DNA of 64,000 bases from Octopus sinensis (GCF_006345805.1 NC_043010.1:66898001-66962000); one strand, 5' to 3'; positions 49,359-63,338 are shown, counted from the first letter of the stretch. The notes: generated by a model from the sequence alone, not told the origin. Numbers and translations are program-made.

Positions 49359-50289
49359 CTGTGAAATAGAAGTGGGAGATTTTACTCATTATAGCTGTGA
49401 CACGCTAACTCACAGATGTTAAATATACAGTCCACAAACAATCTTTAGTACGGCTTCTAGCTAAATAAGAAAAATGTTATTGTTATGTTATAAATTTTAA
49501 AATATTCTGCAAAATAGCAATGGTACGTTCAGAGTTGTACTCTGACTAAAGCTTTTGGTTAACACCGATTACGAATGGCCACATCAGTGTACTTTAAGGA
49601 ATCTTTTGTTATATCAACAAATGAATAAAAAGTATGTGAATCCATGTGCTAGAATATGAGCTATCTCCCTTTCACTTTGTCTATACACAGCAAACCAAAC
49701 GAAAGGTTTTTTTTTTAGTTTAAGCATATGTTCATCCAAATGAGTTCTACTAATATGGGCGATGTTGAAGGGCTTTACAGTTGAAACAGAGCAAGCATTG
49801 ATCAAGAACTGTATGTATTCATTTGAAATATTTTTTAGACTTCCATTCACATTCTAAGGACTCATGCTTAATAAGACTATAAATATGATATGGGATGAAT
49901 TTTACCAGACAAGTCTACACATGCTTTACCAACACCTTATATATTTTCTCTTTCTTTATGGTTTAGAATGTTGATATTATGTAATTAATCCCTTTGTGAA
50001 GTTACTTTAGCCTATACTATGAATCCACCCAAGGTGCAGTTCTCGTGTGCCTTGCACTGAGAGCTATGCCAGTGGAGCGCAAACTTCTGGCAGAGACTGC
50101 GATGATGGACAGATCAAAGGATAGCGGCCGGACTAATATGGACCTTCACTTCCCAGAAATAAAAAGTTACAGAATTAAAAAAAACAAGAACTAAGGGAGG
50201 AAAGCCTTCCTTCAGGAAAACACCCCCCTCTCTCTCTATCTGATTGGCTGTCGTCGCGTCGTCTCCCGTGAGTCCAGTTAATTTTTCGT

Positions 50290-51330
50290 GTTTGTTTATG
50301 TGAATTAGAATTTAATTTTTGTCAAAAGTTGGTTAACAACATCCGCTTTCGCCCGAGAATTTAACCCTTTAAGGGTGAATTTTCGGATTTAAAAAATTTA
50401 TTAAAAAAAATTTTAATCTGTTCTGAAAAATGGATAATTTCTCTGATGCTGCCAGCGTTCCACAGTCCTACATGGACATCAATTTCCTTGCATTGCCGAA
50501 TGCTGCAGGGAAGAGAGAAAGCATTGAATCACATACACACACATACACATAATTGAACAACATCAACACACATACTGACAACAGCGCTCCGAGCAAGCAG
50601 GTGGTAAAGGAAGGCAAGAAGAATGAAGACATGTCTTGTGCTACCGCCACCACCACCACGGATAGACAAAGGAACTTTGCTTCAGTTCTGAGGCAAAGGA
50701 AACGAATTGTTTCATTTACCTCACAACTACTAAAGGAAACAAGTTCCCTTTTTATCTAAGGAGGGTAATACAATAAAATTAAACACATCGCAACACATTT
50801 TAGAAAATATTAACAAAAAGAAATTATATACAAGACAATAGATTTAAAAACGAGAAAGTCCGAAAACATAAATCAACAAACAATGGAAAAATGTTTAAGG
50901 CCCATATGGGCACACAAAAATACATCACAAGGGGCAAAAGATTTGCCACAGTCGAAGTCAGATTTGATACAGAGGCGCAAACAAAAGCTTACTCTACACA
51001 ATAACTAGAGTGCGAAGAAGTCATGATTCCTATGTACCTAGGTCGTCGAGTTACAAAAATAAAAAATTAAAGATGTTATTCCCTGAAATAGAGACACGAT
51101 TGCTGGTGACAGGTATCTGCTACAATCTCGAGGAAGTTATTAACATCTTGGAAATTGCCGTCCTCGAACAACAAAACTGGCAAGGTCGAACTCTTGGTTC
51201 AAGCCAATCAAGAGACGATAGAAAATGTGCCAGATCTTATAAAACTGCCGGACGGTACCACGTTACATGTGGCCGTTGAAGGCATAAGACCGAGCTGTCA
51301 CCTTTGTGGTAGCAAAATCCACCTAAAATT
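50290..51330 (+). pseudogene. 5' part (ORF1) of a second, diverged Tx1-like family
   Basis: [34 protein letters not shown] aligns with IPTHVHLEDGRKLYVVVEGRRPRCYTCGSEAHLK; ends in CCAT/TATC repeats. Confidence 0.75.
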
Positions 51331-51404
51331 CAATCCATCCATCCGACTGTCTGTCTGTCCGTCCGTCCGTCCGTCCGTCCGTCCGTCCTTCCATCCATAC
51401 ATCC

Positions 51405-51548
<144 letters not shown>

Positions 51549-51588
51549 GTCCATCCATCCATCCATCCATCCATCCATCCATCCATCC

Positions 51589-51685
<97 letters not shown>

Positions 51686-51765
51686 CCTATCTATCTCCCT
51701 ATCTACCACTTTTCAGATTATTTCCAAACACTAAAGGCATTTCTCACTCATTCTGCATTACTTAC

Positions 51766-51871
51766 CATTTATAATGTTTTGGCCTCACTTTTTTCATCTG
51801 TTCTGACATCTGAAGTTGTAGTTCGAGTTGTCTTCTCCTGAACTGCACCTCCCTCAGCAGCGGCTGGTCAA
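51766..51871 (-). CDS. Whirlin/PDZD7-like exon 7
   Basis: TTGCAG acceptor, GTAAGT donor; V-DQPLLREVQFRRRQLELQLQMSEQMKKVRPKHYK; phase 1 to 2 exactly bridges exons 6 and 8. Confidence 0.8.
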
Positions 51872-52219
51872 CTGCAATGGTAGACAGGAATGGTAGACAA
51901 GGGCTCTTACTCATTCAGTAGGGGCTTTAAATATTTAAATTATTACTGATTGATTGATTGTTGTTGCTGGTGATAGTGTTGTTGTTTTTCTTTTCTTTTT
52001 TTTTCTTTTTTCCCGCGTCTTTCAAGCATTGGACTGCGGCCACGCTGGAGCACCACCTTGAAAAGCTTTAGTCGAACAAATCGACTTCCCTCCCCCCCGC
52101 CCCTACTTATTTTTAAAGTCTGGTACTTACTCTATCGATTATTTTATCCGAACCGCTATGTTACTGGGGGGGGGGGCATAAACAAACCAACGCCGGTTGT
52201 CAAATGGTGTTGGATGGAC

Positions 52220-52934
52220 AAACACATGCACTCACACACACAGACACATCCACATATACAAACATGCACACAGACACAGACACACACAGACATACAGACA
52301 CACACACACACACACACAGACAAGCAACTTTTTGAGTGTGTGCTAATGTGTGTGTGTGTGCGTGCATGTGTGTGTGCATGTATGTGTGTGCTTGTGTGTA
52401 TGTGCTTGTCAGTGTGTGTGTGTGCGTGTATGTGTGTGTGCGTGTGTGTGTGCGTGAGAGAGAGAGAGAGAGTGGTACTTGCATTTGAATGTGTCTGAGT
52501 GTCTGAGTGTCTTAGTGCGTGAGTGTGTGTGTATGTGCCTCAGTAAGTGTGCGGATGTGAGTGTACTTTGAATGTGATTTTGCGTGTGTGTGTGTGTGTG
52601 TGTATGTGTGTACCTTTTTGAGTGTGTGCTAATATGTGTGAGTATGTGTGTGTGCATGTGTGTGTGCATGTATGTGTGTGCTTGTGTGTATGTGCTTGTC
52701 AGTGTGTATGAGTGTGTATGTGTGTGTGTGTGTGTACGTGTGTCTGCTTGTGTGTGTGTGTGTGTATGCGTGGTGCTTGTATATGCGTTAGTGCGTGTAT
52801 GTGTATGTATATGCGCTGGTATGTGTGTATGCACGTATGCAAGTGTGTGCCTTTGTATGTGCGTATATATGCGTGTACGTGTGTGTCCATGTGTATGCTT
52901 TTTGTTTGAGCCTTTGTGTGCGTGTGAATGTATC

Positions 52935-52998
<64 letters not shown>

Positions 52999-53000
52999 TG
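52220..53000. repeat. Complex (CA)n/(TG)n microsatellite
   Basis: Visible directly. Confidence 0.9.
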
Positions 53001-53075
53001 TACAAAGAGAGTACAATTGAAGTATACAAAGAACGAAAAAATCCACCAATAAAGATTTCTTTCTGTTACCGTTAC

Positions 53076-53182
53076 CACAATCCAGAAGCTGTCTTTTGGA
53101 ATCTGTCTTTCGGAAGTCGTTGTTGTGATGTCTCGCCAGTGCAGCGTCGAACTGATCGCAATGAAACGGTGATATGGCTTCT
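53076..53182 (-). CDS. Whirlin/PDZD7-like exon 6 (end of the HHD-like domain); alternative donor at 53070
   Basis: CCTTTCAG acceptor; R-EAISPFHCDQFDAALARHH...LLDC; phase 2 to 1. Confidence 0.82.
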
Positions 53183-53244
53183 CTGAAAGGCGAATAAATA
53201 AAACGTATGTGTAACGGTTAAACTGTAATATATAGAATTGGCAG

Positions 53245-54070
53245 ACACGGCGAGCTGGCAGAAACGTGAGCACGCCGAGCGAAATGCTTAGCCGTATTTC
53301 GTCTGCCGCTACGTTCTGAGTTCAAATTCCGCCGAGGTCGACTTTGCCTTTCATCCTTTCGGAGTCGATAAATTAAGTACCAGTTACGTACTGGGGTCGA
53401 TATGATCGACTTAATCCGTTTGTCTGTCCTTGTTTGTCCTCTCTGTGTTTAGCCCCTTGTAGGTAGTAAAGAAATAGGTATTTCGTCTGTCTTTACGCTC
53501 TGTGTTCAAATTCCGCGGAGGTCGACTTTGCCTTTCATCCTTTCGGGGTCGATAAATTAAGTACCAGTTGCGCACTGGAGTCGATGTAATCGACTTAATT
53601 CCTTTGTCTGTCCTTGTTTGTCCCCTCTATGTTTAGCCCCTTGTGGGCAATAAAGAAATAAGAAACATTAGCACGCCGGACGAAATGCTTAGCAGTAGTT
53701 CGTCTGTCTTTACGTTATGTGTTCAAATTCCGCCGAGGTCGACTTTGCCTTTCATCCTTTCGGAGTCGATAAATTAAGTACCAGTTGCGCACTGGAGTCG
53801 ATGTAATCGACTTAATTCCTTTGTCTGTCCTTGTTTGTCCCCTCTATGTTTAGCCCCTTGTGGGCAATAAAGAAATAAGAAACATTAGCACGCCGGACGA
53901 AATGCTTAGCAGTAGTTCGTCGGTCTTTACGTTTTGAGTTTAAATTCTGCCGAGGTCGACTTTGACTTTCATCCTTTCGGGGTCGATAAATTAAGTACCA
54001 GTTGTGTACTGGAGTCGATCTAATCGACTGGCCCCCTTCCCAAAAATATCGGGCCTTGTACCTAGAGTAG
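53245..54070 (+). mobile_element. SINE family A multimer (head, 3 A1, A2)
   Basis: Tandem bodies with partial heads; A2 tail CCTAGAGTAGAAAAG. Confidence 0.9.
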
Positions 54071-54744
54071 AAAAGAATATGTAGAATATGTAGCTAAGAT
54101 ATTAAAAAGTTGTAAATACGATCGTTTCATACATAGACATAAATTCATTTCTAGAATTTGCAAATATCAAAGTACTCATCAGTGCAGAAAAAATAGGAAC
54201 CTAAAAATGAGCAGAGAAGTTGGACCTATGAGTTTCATGTCTATTTGTTCCTATCCTTGTGTAATTGTGATGAGAGCCGTGTCAATTATTAAACCACAAT
54301 TAACAGATGAACGGTTAGGGGATGACATAAATATAGAGATATCGATAATTTTCTCTCTATAGATTAATATAGATTGGTTAATTATAACTCCATGTATGGA
54401 GCATAGTGCAAGTTAGAGAAATGTCCAATGAGAAAACGGTACCTAAAAACAGTACTTGGTATTATTTTTTTAGAAAATCATGAAGATGAAAAAAAGATTT
54501 AGTTTCGTAAAGCTTATAATAGAAAGTTCATGTAGAAAGTGATCAAAAATATAGGGGCAGAAGAAGGAATTTGAAAGAATGAAGTAGAATATTAAGTACT
54601 CGTGTTTATTCAAAAGCCGCATTTACGGTAATACGAAATAATAACAAAGGAGAAAAAATGAGGAAAAATATGATTACAATTATGAAGATTAAGGTTGTAT
54701 GATATTTACGAAGTCTACTGTTAAGAAAAGTAAAAGCACAGGAT

Positions 54745-55023
54745 GAAAGGCAAAGTCGACCTCGGCGGAATTTGAACTCAGAACATAGCGGCAAACGAAA
54801 TACCTATTTCTTTACTAAACACAGAGGGGACAAACAAGGACAGGGAAACGGATTAAGTCAATTATATCGACCCCAGTGCGTAACTGGTACTTATTTAATC
54901 GACCCCGAAAGGATGAAAGGCAAAGTCGACCTCGGCGGAATTTGAACTCAGAACGTAGCGGCAGACGAAATACCGCTAAGCATTTCGTCCGGCGCGCTAA
55001 CGTTTCTGCCAGCTCGCCGCCTT
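54745..55023 (-). mobile_element. SINE family A partial dimer
   Basis: Head at the right, two bodies. Confidence 0.85.
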
Positions 55024-55167
55024 AGAGAGTAAACAATATTGTGACTTTACAGGGAATGGCCTCCCTGAAGTGAGGCATTTGTAGTAGTTGTAGTAATAAG
55101 GAGTAAATATTACGTAACAGTGATTATTTATGAAAAAAAAACATAAAGAACAAAAACAAACACTCAC

Positions 55168-55259
55168 CGTACTTGAACGAACAGCTGGCGTTTATGGCCT
55201 ATGTTTAGTATATCATACAACTGGCTGACGAGCAATTCAACATCGTTGCTTTTACAATA
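55168..55259 (-). CDS. Whirlin/PDZD7-like exon 5 (HHD-like domain)
   Basis: TGTTTCAG acceptor, GTGAGT donor; YCKSNDVELLVSQLYDILNIGHKRQLFVQV-R; phase 0 to 2. Confidence 0.87.
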
Positions 55260-55530
55260 CTGAAACAACGAAAATAGTGCCATCACAATTATTAATATTT
55301 AATATAATACGATAATGTAATTATTTCTACTGAAGGCACAAGGCCTTGGAAATTTGGGAGGAAAGGGGGCTGGTCGATTACATCGACCCCAATGCGTAAC
55401 TAGGACTTATTTCATCGATCCCGATTGGATGAAAGGTAAAGTCAACCTCGGCGGAATTTGAACTCAGAACGTAGCGGCTGACGAAATACCGCTATGTGTG
55501 TGTATATGTGTGTGTGTGTATGTGTGTGTA

Positions 55531-55563
<33 letters not shown>

Positions 55564-55609
55564 GCGTGTGTGTATTTATGTATCATATTAAAGCGAAAAA
55601 GTAGTGTTT

Positions 55610-56005
55610 GGTACAGGCACAGGCATGGCTGTGTGATTAAAAAAACATGCTTTGTAATTAAGTGGTTTCGGGTTCAGTCTCAAAGGGTGGCACCTTGAGT
55701 GCTTCTTACTATAGCCCAGGCCGGGGTCGGGCCGACCAATGCCTTGCGAGGGAATCTGGTAGACGGAAACTGGAAGAAGCACGTCGTATGTGTGTGAGTG
55801 TAATTTTGTTTGTCCTCTATCAATTACTTGACGTCCGATGCTGGTTTGTTTACAGCCCCGTAGGGTACCGGTTGGGCAAAAAAGATCAGATAAAATAAGT
55901 ACCGGACTTGAAAATAAAGATAAAGTACTGGACTCAATTTGTTCGATTAAAACCTTTAATGCAGTGCCCCAGCATGGCCGCAAACCGATGATTGAAACAA
56001 ATAAA
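55610..56005 (+). mobile_element. SINE family B, degenerate
   Basis: Head CAGGCATGGCTGTGTG and tail GAAACAAATAAAAG. Confidence 0.75.
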
Positions 56006-56094
56006 AGAATATAAAGAAAGGATTAAATGACATAAACTGTTTCACACTTTTGCCAGAAGACAGCAATGTTTTCTTTGTTTTCGACCCCTATACT

Positions 56095-57015
56095 CATTAA
56101 AGATGAAAGGGAGGGTCTGTAGGAGTTGTGTTAGGGCTGCAATGCTGTATGGGAGTGAGACATGGTGTTTGAGAGAGAGAGAGATGGCAATTTTGAGAAG
56201 GAGTGAGAGAGCAATGGTCAGAGAAATGTGTTGGGTGAGGCTGTTTGATAAGGACTGAGGATTTGGTGGGGGTGCTGAGTTGTTGTTGTTGTTGTTAAGC
56301 AACAAGACGGGTAAGGGTGATTAAGTGATGGTCTAGGGCAGTGGTTTTCAACCAGGGTTCCGCCAGTACAGTCCAGGGGTTCCGCAAGAAGTTACAAAAC
56401 TGCTAAAATCGGCAGTAATTTTTAATTCTCCTGTGCAGATATGTGTGCATAAGACTATTAAATTATTGCACAGGGGTTCCTCGAACCAGTGGAATGTTTC
56501 CTTGGGGTTCCGCTCCAGCAAAAAGTTTGAAAAGCACTGGTCTAGGGCTTAGGGGCGGGAGACCCCAGATCTTGGAAAAAAACTTTGGTCGTCTTGTTGT
56601 AGTCAAGGGCTCTTCGTTGACGCCTGACACCACTGGGAGGTGGCCCTCGAAGTCGCTGGAAATGGAGATCTCCAGGTCCAAATTCTTGGACGGCAGATGC
56701 TGGGGTTGGAAGAATCGGTGGAATGGTTGGCAAGGGCGAACGGAGAGAGGTGGTATGGGCATGTGTCGAGGAGGGATGAAGAGCATGTTCTGGGGAGGGT
56801 GATTGCGTTTGAGGTAAATAGAGCGCGAAAGCGAGGTAGACCGAGGAAAAGGTGGTGGGGGACAGGTAGAGGAGGAGATTGGGAGGGTTGGCTTGAGAAA
56901 GGAGGACATCCCAAACTGGGCAAGATGCTGTGAAGGCGGTTGCTATGGCATTGAGGTAGATCCGGTCACCACCGTTAACGGGGACAAAACCCGGATTTAA
57001 AACACTGGATGATGA
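56095..57015 (+). pseudogene. RTE-clade LINE 3' fragment
   Basis: MKGRVCRSCVRAAMLYGSETW; RWYGHVSRR...RKRGRPRKRW; tail ...GATGATG. Confidence 0.8.
56339..56539. mobile_element. hAT-type MITE with 8-bp TSD
   Basis: TIRs CAGTGGTTTTCAA / TTGAAAAGCACTG; GTCTAGGG at 56331-56338 and 56540-56547. Confidence 0.92.
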
Positions 57016-57194
57016 GGATTTTATAGGATGTTGGTCGAATCCATGAACCCAGCGTTCAACCTGTGTTTTATTTTATCGAGTTCAAAGGTATGAAGGGCAA
57101 AAATCGACCTCGGCGCCATCGTTGTTTTCATTTTAATTCCCATTCTCATCAAAACTCAAATTATAAAAAAAGCACTTTCTAATCAGCGACTTAC

Positions 57195-57349
57195 TTCATA
57201 CATAAAATGCATCACCAACTTCATCTCTTCAACGTTCAGTAAAATGGCCGCCATCTTCTCGAGGCTATTGAAGGGGTTGTCCTTTGTTTTCTTCCTTAAT
57301 GCAATTTTCGAACTCACATCAACCACTCCAGCGTTCTTTATGTGAGGGC
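57195..57349 (-). CDS. Whirlin/PDZD7-like exon 4 (start of the HHD-like domain)
   Basis: TTTATAG acceptor, GTAAGT donor; G-PHIKNAG...SLEKMAAILLNVEEMKLVMHFMYE; phase 1 to 0. Confidence 0.87.
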
Positions 57350-57384
57350 CTATAAACAAGAAACACAGAAGAGACATTAAACCT

Positions 57385-57522
57385 TTACATTATTTACATT
57401 TTTTAGATTTGACGGATATTTGTCCTCATTTTGTTTGTTGTTAACAACACGTTTCGGCTGATATACTCTCCAGTCTTCACCAGGTGTCTTGGGGAAATTT
57501 CGAACCTTGGTTCTCATTCCTA
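57385..57522 (-). mobile_element. Family D tail carrying a degenerate hammerhead (57444-57490)
   Basis: Minus strand: AAGACAC-CTGGTGA-A-GACTG gagagtatat CAGCC-GAA-ACGT-GTTGTT; flanks match 18350-18440. Confidence 0.78.
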
Positions 57523-57669
57523 TACGAGATACTTTCTCAAGACGAATACCACAGTTTTATGGCTTTCTACGGTATATCCATTTTAATAAGATATACCGAA
57601 TGCTATTTTGAACAAATGCTAACTTTTGTCGCTAATAACGAATAATGTATAGAGATTTCTAGAACTTAC

Positions 57670-57906
57670 CAGGTGAAGAAGGTGTTCGCGATGATATGCT
57701 CCTTTTCTTGGCCAGCCGTCTGCCCAGACTTCCGTAGTTACTCTGGTTTTCATTTCGGTCAGATGTAGAGAGGTCTTCCGATGAAGGGACTGTCAGGTCC
57801 TTATCGTTCTCTGAAACCATATGAAAGAAGTCGTTCACAGGAGTTTCGGTAAAGTAACTGCGGGTAATGGAGGTCAAATTTGCTGGCAGGAAGGGTTTGT
57901 GAAGAA
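57670..57906 (-). CDS. Whirlin/PDZD7-like exon 3
   Basis: GTTTTAG acceptor, GTAAGT donor, 237 nt, phase 1 to 1, open frame. Confidence 0.8.
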
Positions 57907-57918
57907 CTAAAACCATAT

Positions 57919-57950
<32 letters not shown>

Positions 57951-58476
57951 CTTTTCTACCATAGGCAGAAGGCCTGAAATTTGGGGAGGGAGATGGTCGA
58001 TTCCATCAACCCCAGTACTCAACTGGTACTTAATTTATCGACCTCAACACTCCTAACATCTGGTCACTTAACTCCCCAGACTGTATCCCCTTTGATTATT
58101 ATGTGTGGGGCACAGTTGAGCGAGAGACCAACAAAACTCCTTGTAACACCAAAGATGAACTGAAGGCAAGGATTATGGCAGTATTGACCAACTTAAACAA
58201 GGAAACCGCCCAGAAGAGTTGCAGGAGATTCCAAAGTCATCTGGAGGCCGTGGTTGAAGCCGATGGCGATTTTATTAAATAAATTTACTCTTTAGTATTT
58301 CAAGATATTTTTATGTAATTTTGTAAATATATCTGTTAAAATGAGATGTCATTGCTATTTCCATTTTTGCGTAATTTAGACGACAGTTTATTTACCGCAA
58401 CCTGTATGTATGTATATTTATTATGTGTGGCTGTGTGTTATGTCCATCCAAAAGATACGAATATCTTAATACTTAC

Positions 58477-58599
58477 TGCTATCATCATCTCCATTTTGTT
58501 TTCCTCTGATCGGGCTTTGAAGTTGAGCACTGTTCTCTTGGTCTGAAGTCAGGAATTGGGATTGTGGCTGCTGCTTGGTCTCTCGGTTGTTGTCGTCAG
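58477..58599 (-). CDS. Whirlin/PDZD7-like exon 2
   Basis: TTCTACATAG acceptor, GTAAGT donor, 123 nt, phase 1 to 1. Confidence 0.75.
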
Positions 58600-58638
58600 C
58601 TATGTAGAAGAAAGAAAATCATGTAACAAGAAGATTAG

Positions 58639-58677
<39 letters not shown>

Positions 58678-58779
58678 TCGGGGTGAGTACTTGATAATTG
58701 TAAGCACCTGTATATACCGTTTGGTGGTGTAGGTGGTGGAGTAAATTAATCAAAATAAAAACATGATGCCAAGGATTCA

Positions 58780-58857
58780 GCGGTACATATGTTTCGGGCC
58801 TTTATTAGACGGATTTATAACAATGCATAATGTATGTCTGTGGCCTTCTTCATCCGC
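58780..58857 (-). ncRNA. Possible degenerate hammerhead with a long loop II
   Basis: GCGG-ATGAAGA-A-GGCC...GGCC-C-GAA-ACATATGT-A-CCGC; C3 is replaced by A. Confidence 0.4.
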
Positions 58858-59479
58858 GCACAACAACTTTCACAAGGACATGTATTACATCAAAAATTCT
58901 TGGTTGGGGATGCAAATCCTCTCATTCGCGTACGACATAATGCGGCAACAGCATAAAAATGAAGCGTCCATCTCGTTCTTCTCTCAATGTAGAATGAGGA
59001 AATTTGGATGTTGAAGTAATGTAAATAAATTAATAAATAAATATATACATATATAAATATATAAATGCAGACAGACGTGAAGGAACCTGGTAATAAGAGT
59101 AAATAGAGATAAAGATGGTGGGGCGAGAATTCAGGACGAAGGATAAAAAATATATAAAAAGTGTAAGTATAGAAAAATATAAAAATGTAGAGTATAAAGA
59201 TATAAAGAGATATAAAAAATATAAAAAAATATAAATGAATATAAAGGTATAAAGTTATAAAAATAAAAATAAAAATAATAAAAAATGTAAAAGAATATAA
59301 GGATAAGGGATATATAGTAGTTACGGACCAAACATGGTGGTCAGGAAAATGACAAATTCTGGCTGTCATAAATCTTGGGTGTCTTAAATCAACAGGGGCG
59401 TCTGGGGACTTAGTGTATTGTAAATCAGAGTTGTTGAGCAGTTTATCTAGTTCTTCGTAACGTATTAAGTGGTCATCTT

Positions 59480-60131
59480 GTACATACGTACCCGCATGGA
59501 TACATACACCCATATACACGCGCAAATATACGCACGCATACCCAGCTACAAGCATATAAGCATACATACGTACTCACGTGTAAACATATACAGATACACA
59601 TATACACATGCGCATATATATATATACACACAACAGAATATGCATATATATACACGGACAATATACATGTACATATATGTATACAGACACACACACATAC
59701 GCATATACATATACACATACACATATGCATACATATATATGCACATGTATACATATACACACATATACATACACACACATATACTCACACCCATACCCGC
59801 ACACGCACATATATATATGTGTGCATACATGCACACCCACGTGTGCATACATACACGCCTACATACATACACACGGACCCACGCGCACGTATCCACACGC
59901 ACACATCTGTGTGTGCGTATGTGTATAGACACACAGATGTGTGTGCGTGTGCGTGTAGACGTGAGTGCGTGGGTCCGTTTCTTTACATGCGTTTGTAGAT
60001 TTCTTATATACATTTGTTATACATCGTTTAATATCTTATATCTATACCTGTATGTGTGGGCATCTGTGTATGTGTATGTAAGGGTATGCGCACACGCACG
60101 TATAGACACACAGATGTTTTTATTTTGATTA

Positions 60132-60197
<66 letters not shown>
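59480..60197. repeat. Complex CA/TA/TG microsatellite
   Basis: Visible directly. Confidence 0.9.
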
Positions 60198-60202
<5 letters not shown>

Positions 60203-60315
60203 AAGTTAATCCAAACATGAAAACACAAAGAGAAAACACAACAACGCGAGGACGTGGAACAAATATAGTATTATTGGACGCTCAGGAAGGAAGGGAAGAC
60301 GGAGGAAAAAAAATC
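60197..60315 (-). mobile_element. 3' stub of the 21058-21579 family, abutting (TA)n
   Basis: Reverse complement resembles 21480-21580. Confidence 0.75.
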
Positions 60316-60349
60316 GCCAACGGTACACACGCGGTCACATTTTGAATAT

Positions 60350-61486
60350 ACATATATACGACGGGCTTTCTTCTGTTTCCGTCTACCAAATCCACTCACA
60401 AGGCTTTAGTCGGCTCGAGGCTATAGTAAAAGACACTTGCCCAAGGTGCCACGAAGTGGGACTGAACACCAGAACCATGGTAAGCAAGCTACTTACCACA
60501 CAGCCACTCCAGAATAGCTAGAAAGAGAAGCGACAGACAAACAGATGGATTTCGCAAACAGCCATCAACATTTTCCATCCCAAGCGTTCTTCTTTAAGAA
60601 AATATTTATACGACGCTCTCGTTAGCATGCCGGACAAGATGTTTTGCAGCACTTCGACCGCCTTTACGTTTTGAATTTAAACTTCGTCGAGGTCTACTTT
60701 GCTTTACAACTTTTAGGGGTCGATAAAATAAGTACCAGTTGAACTCTGGGGTCGATCTAATCGACCAAGCCCTTCTCTGAAATTGCTGGTCTTGTGCTAA
60801 AACTTGAAAGTAGAATAAAAGCGGTGAGCTTGTCGAATCGTTGGCCCGCCAGACAAAATGCTTATCGACACATCGTCCGGCTTCACGTTCTGAAATCAAA
60901 TTTCGCCGATGCCCACTTCACCTTTCATCCTGGGGTTCAATGTAATCCACTGACTCCTTACCCCCAACTTGCTGGCATTGTGCCAAAATTTGAAACCTTT
61001 GTTTATAGCTCTATCCGCTTCGCCTTTCAACGTTAAAAGAGATTTATTTCGCGTCTCTTGAAGATTTTAAATTCTTAAGACATAGACACCGTACAATTAG
61101 ACATCGAAATTTATGGATAGAACTAAACGAATCTATGAATAAAAGAGAAAATCGAACCAGACTGTGTTTCTTTGACGAATTCTACAGTAAATGAAGCAGC
61201 TCAGTTTTGAAGGAGCTACGGTTTAAATTAAGTAGATCTACTCTATATCATATAGTGAGTACTTAGCCTTAAATTGTGGTTCATCCAACACTTATATGTA
61301 TGCACACCACACACACACACACGCACTTACATATATACACACATACATTCACCCAAGAGTGGCTGTGTGGTAAGTAGCTTGCTTACCAACCACATGGCAC
61401 CTTGGGCAAGTGTCTTCTGCTACAGCCTCGGGCCGACCAAAGCCTTGTGAGTGGATTTGCTAGACGGAACTGAAAGAAGCCCGTCG

Positions 61487-61541
<55 letters not shown>

Positions 61542-61775
61542 GGTGTGTTGTGGTGTTTGTGTGTGTTGTGTGTCTGTGTTTATCCCCCCCCCAACATCGC
61601 TTGACAACCAATGCTGGCGTGTTTACGTCCCCGTAACTTAGCGGTTTGGCAAAAGAGACCGATATAATAAGTACTAGGCTTACAAAGAATAAGTCCTGGG
61701 GTCGATTTGCTCGACTAAAAGGGTGTGCTCCAGCATGGCCGCAGTCAAATGACTGAAACAAGTAAAAGAGTAAAA
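60350..61775. mobile_element. Cluster of SINE B (60350-60510 -, 61345-61775 +) and degenerate SINE A (60620-61000) copies
   Basis: Family motifs as above. Confidence 0.78.
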
Positions 61776-61858
61776 GAGATACATATATACGTGTGAGTGA
61801 GCCAGTATGTGTATGTGTTTGAATGTGTGTGTTTGTGCTTGTGGATGTGAGTATTTTC

Positions 61859-61899
<41 letters not shown>

Positions 61900-62120
61900 T
61901 GGTGTGTGTGTATGTGTGTTTGTGTATGTGTACGTGCGTGCGTGTGTGCACATATACGTTTCTGTTTATGAGAAGGAAATTCGATGGCTTTCTACGCATC
62001 ACGTCCAAATTCAAAATTTAATCACAAGCGAAATACTTAATGAGTTACCATTTAGATTCTCTGATTTTTAAAAATGAGTTCTTGGTGGTGTAGGGGGCTA
62101 GATAACATTATTCAACTCAC

Positions 62121-62241
62121 CATTTTCGTCATCAGAATCGCTGTCATCACTTATCCAATTGAGACGAAACAGAGACGATGTCACCGGGATTTCATTGATT
62201 TTTTCTTCGTCGACATTTTCTTCATCTTCGTAACTATCCAT
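62121..62241 (-). CDS. Whirlin/PDZD7-like putative first coding exon
   Basis: AAGATGG start context, acidic MDSYEDEENVDEE...DDSDSDDEN, GTGAGT donor (phase 1), in-frame TAA upstream. A CAG at 62253-62251 could instead be an acceptor. Confidence 0.65.
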
Positions 62242-62339
62242 CTTGACTTTCTGACGACATTTAACAGAGCCGATTTAACTTATTACTGATCTCCTCCTTG
62301 GTACGTACGTATGCGAAAACAAATTAGGAGAAGAGAGAT

Positions 62340-62384
62340 AGGTACATAAATAGACAGATATATAAAATAGACAGACAGATAAAG

Positions 62385-62431
<47 letters not shown>

Positions 62432-62447
62432 CAGACAGATAGATAGG

Positions 62448-62515
<68 letters not shown>

Positions 62516-62673
62516 GAGATAAAATAGACAGACAGATAAATTTGTACCAATAAATTTGGACCAGTTTGAATGCACCAGATAAAAGATAGATAGATAGATA
62601 AACAGATAGACAGACAAACAGTTAGGAGATAGATAAAGAGATAGACAGGTAGATAGGTAGGTAGATAAGTAGC

Positions 62674-62704
<31 letters not shown>

Positions 62705-62730
62705 GTAGATAGACAGACAGACAGACAGAC

Positions 62731-62792
<62 letters not shown>

Positions 62793-62812
62793 GCCGATAG
62801 ATGGGTAGATAG
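62340..62812. repeat. (GATA)n/(GACA)n compound microsatellite
   Basis: Visible directly. Confidence 0.95.
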
Positions 62813-63265
62813 GTCTACATTAACACACTCACAAACACGCATGCACGCACACATATAAACCCAGGCATACATTCTATTATTCATACATACACGCCTACAT
62901 AAATACATTCATGCATACACATTTACATGCATTCACACGTATATACATATGTACACGCAGATACATATACACATATCGAAAACAAAGAATATTAGTACAT
63001 ACATTGGTATGAAGCGTTCCGTACGACGAAAGCAGACGACAGCCATGTATGAAAATGGCGCCAAGTAGTGGGCGACGCTAACAGTTTAGACCTGTGAAAC
63101 AATGAGTTTGTTAGTAATTAGTGGTTCACTTCTAGGACGGTCATTGTTAAACAATGGAGACAAACCTAATGATACACAATGACTATTTGCTAGTGAGAAC
63201 GGTAGGTGTCTGTCACCTTGTTAAAGCGAAAATAACTAAAACACCTATCTATCTATCTATCTATC

Positions 63266-63338
<73 letters not shown>

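Noticed and set aside
59300-59470. Extra exon of the PDZ gene (DDHLIRYEELDKLL...)
   Set aside because: There is an acceptor-like AG and an open frame, but no convincing phase-1 donor; the model is in frame without it.
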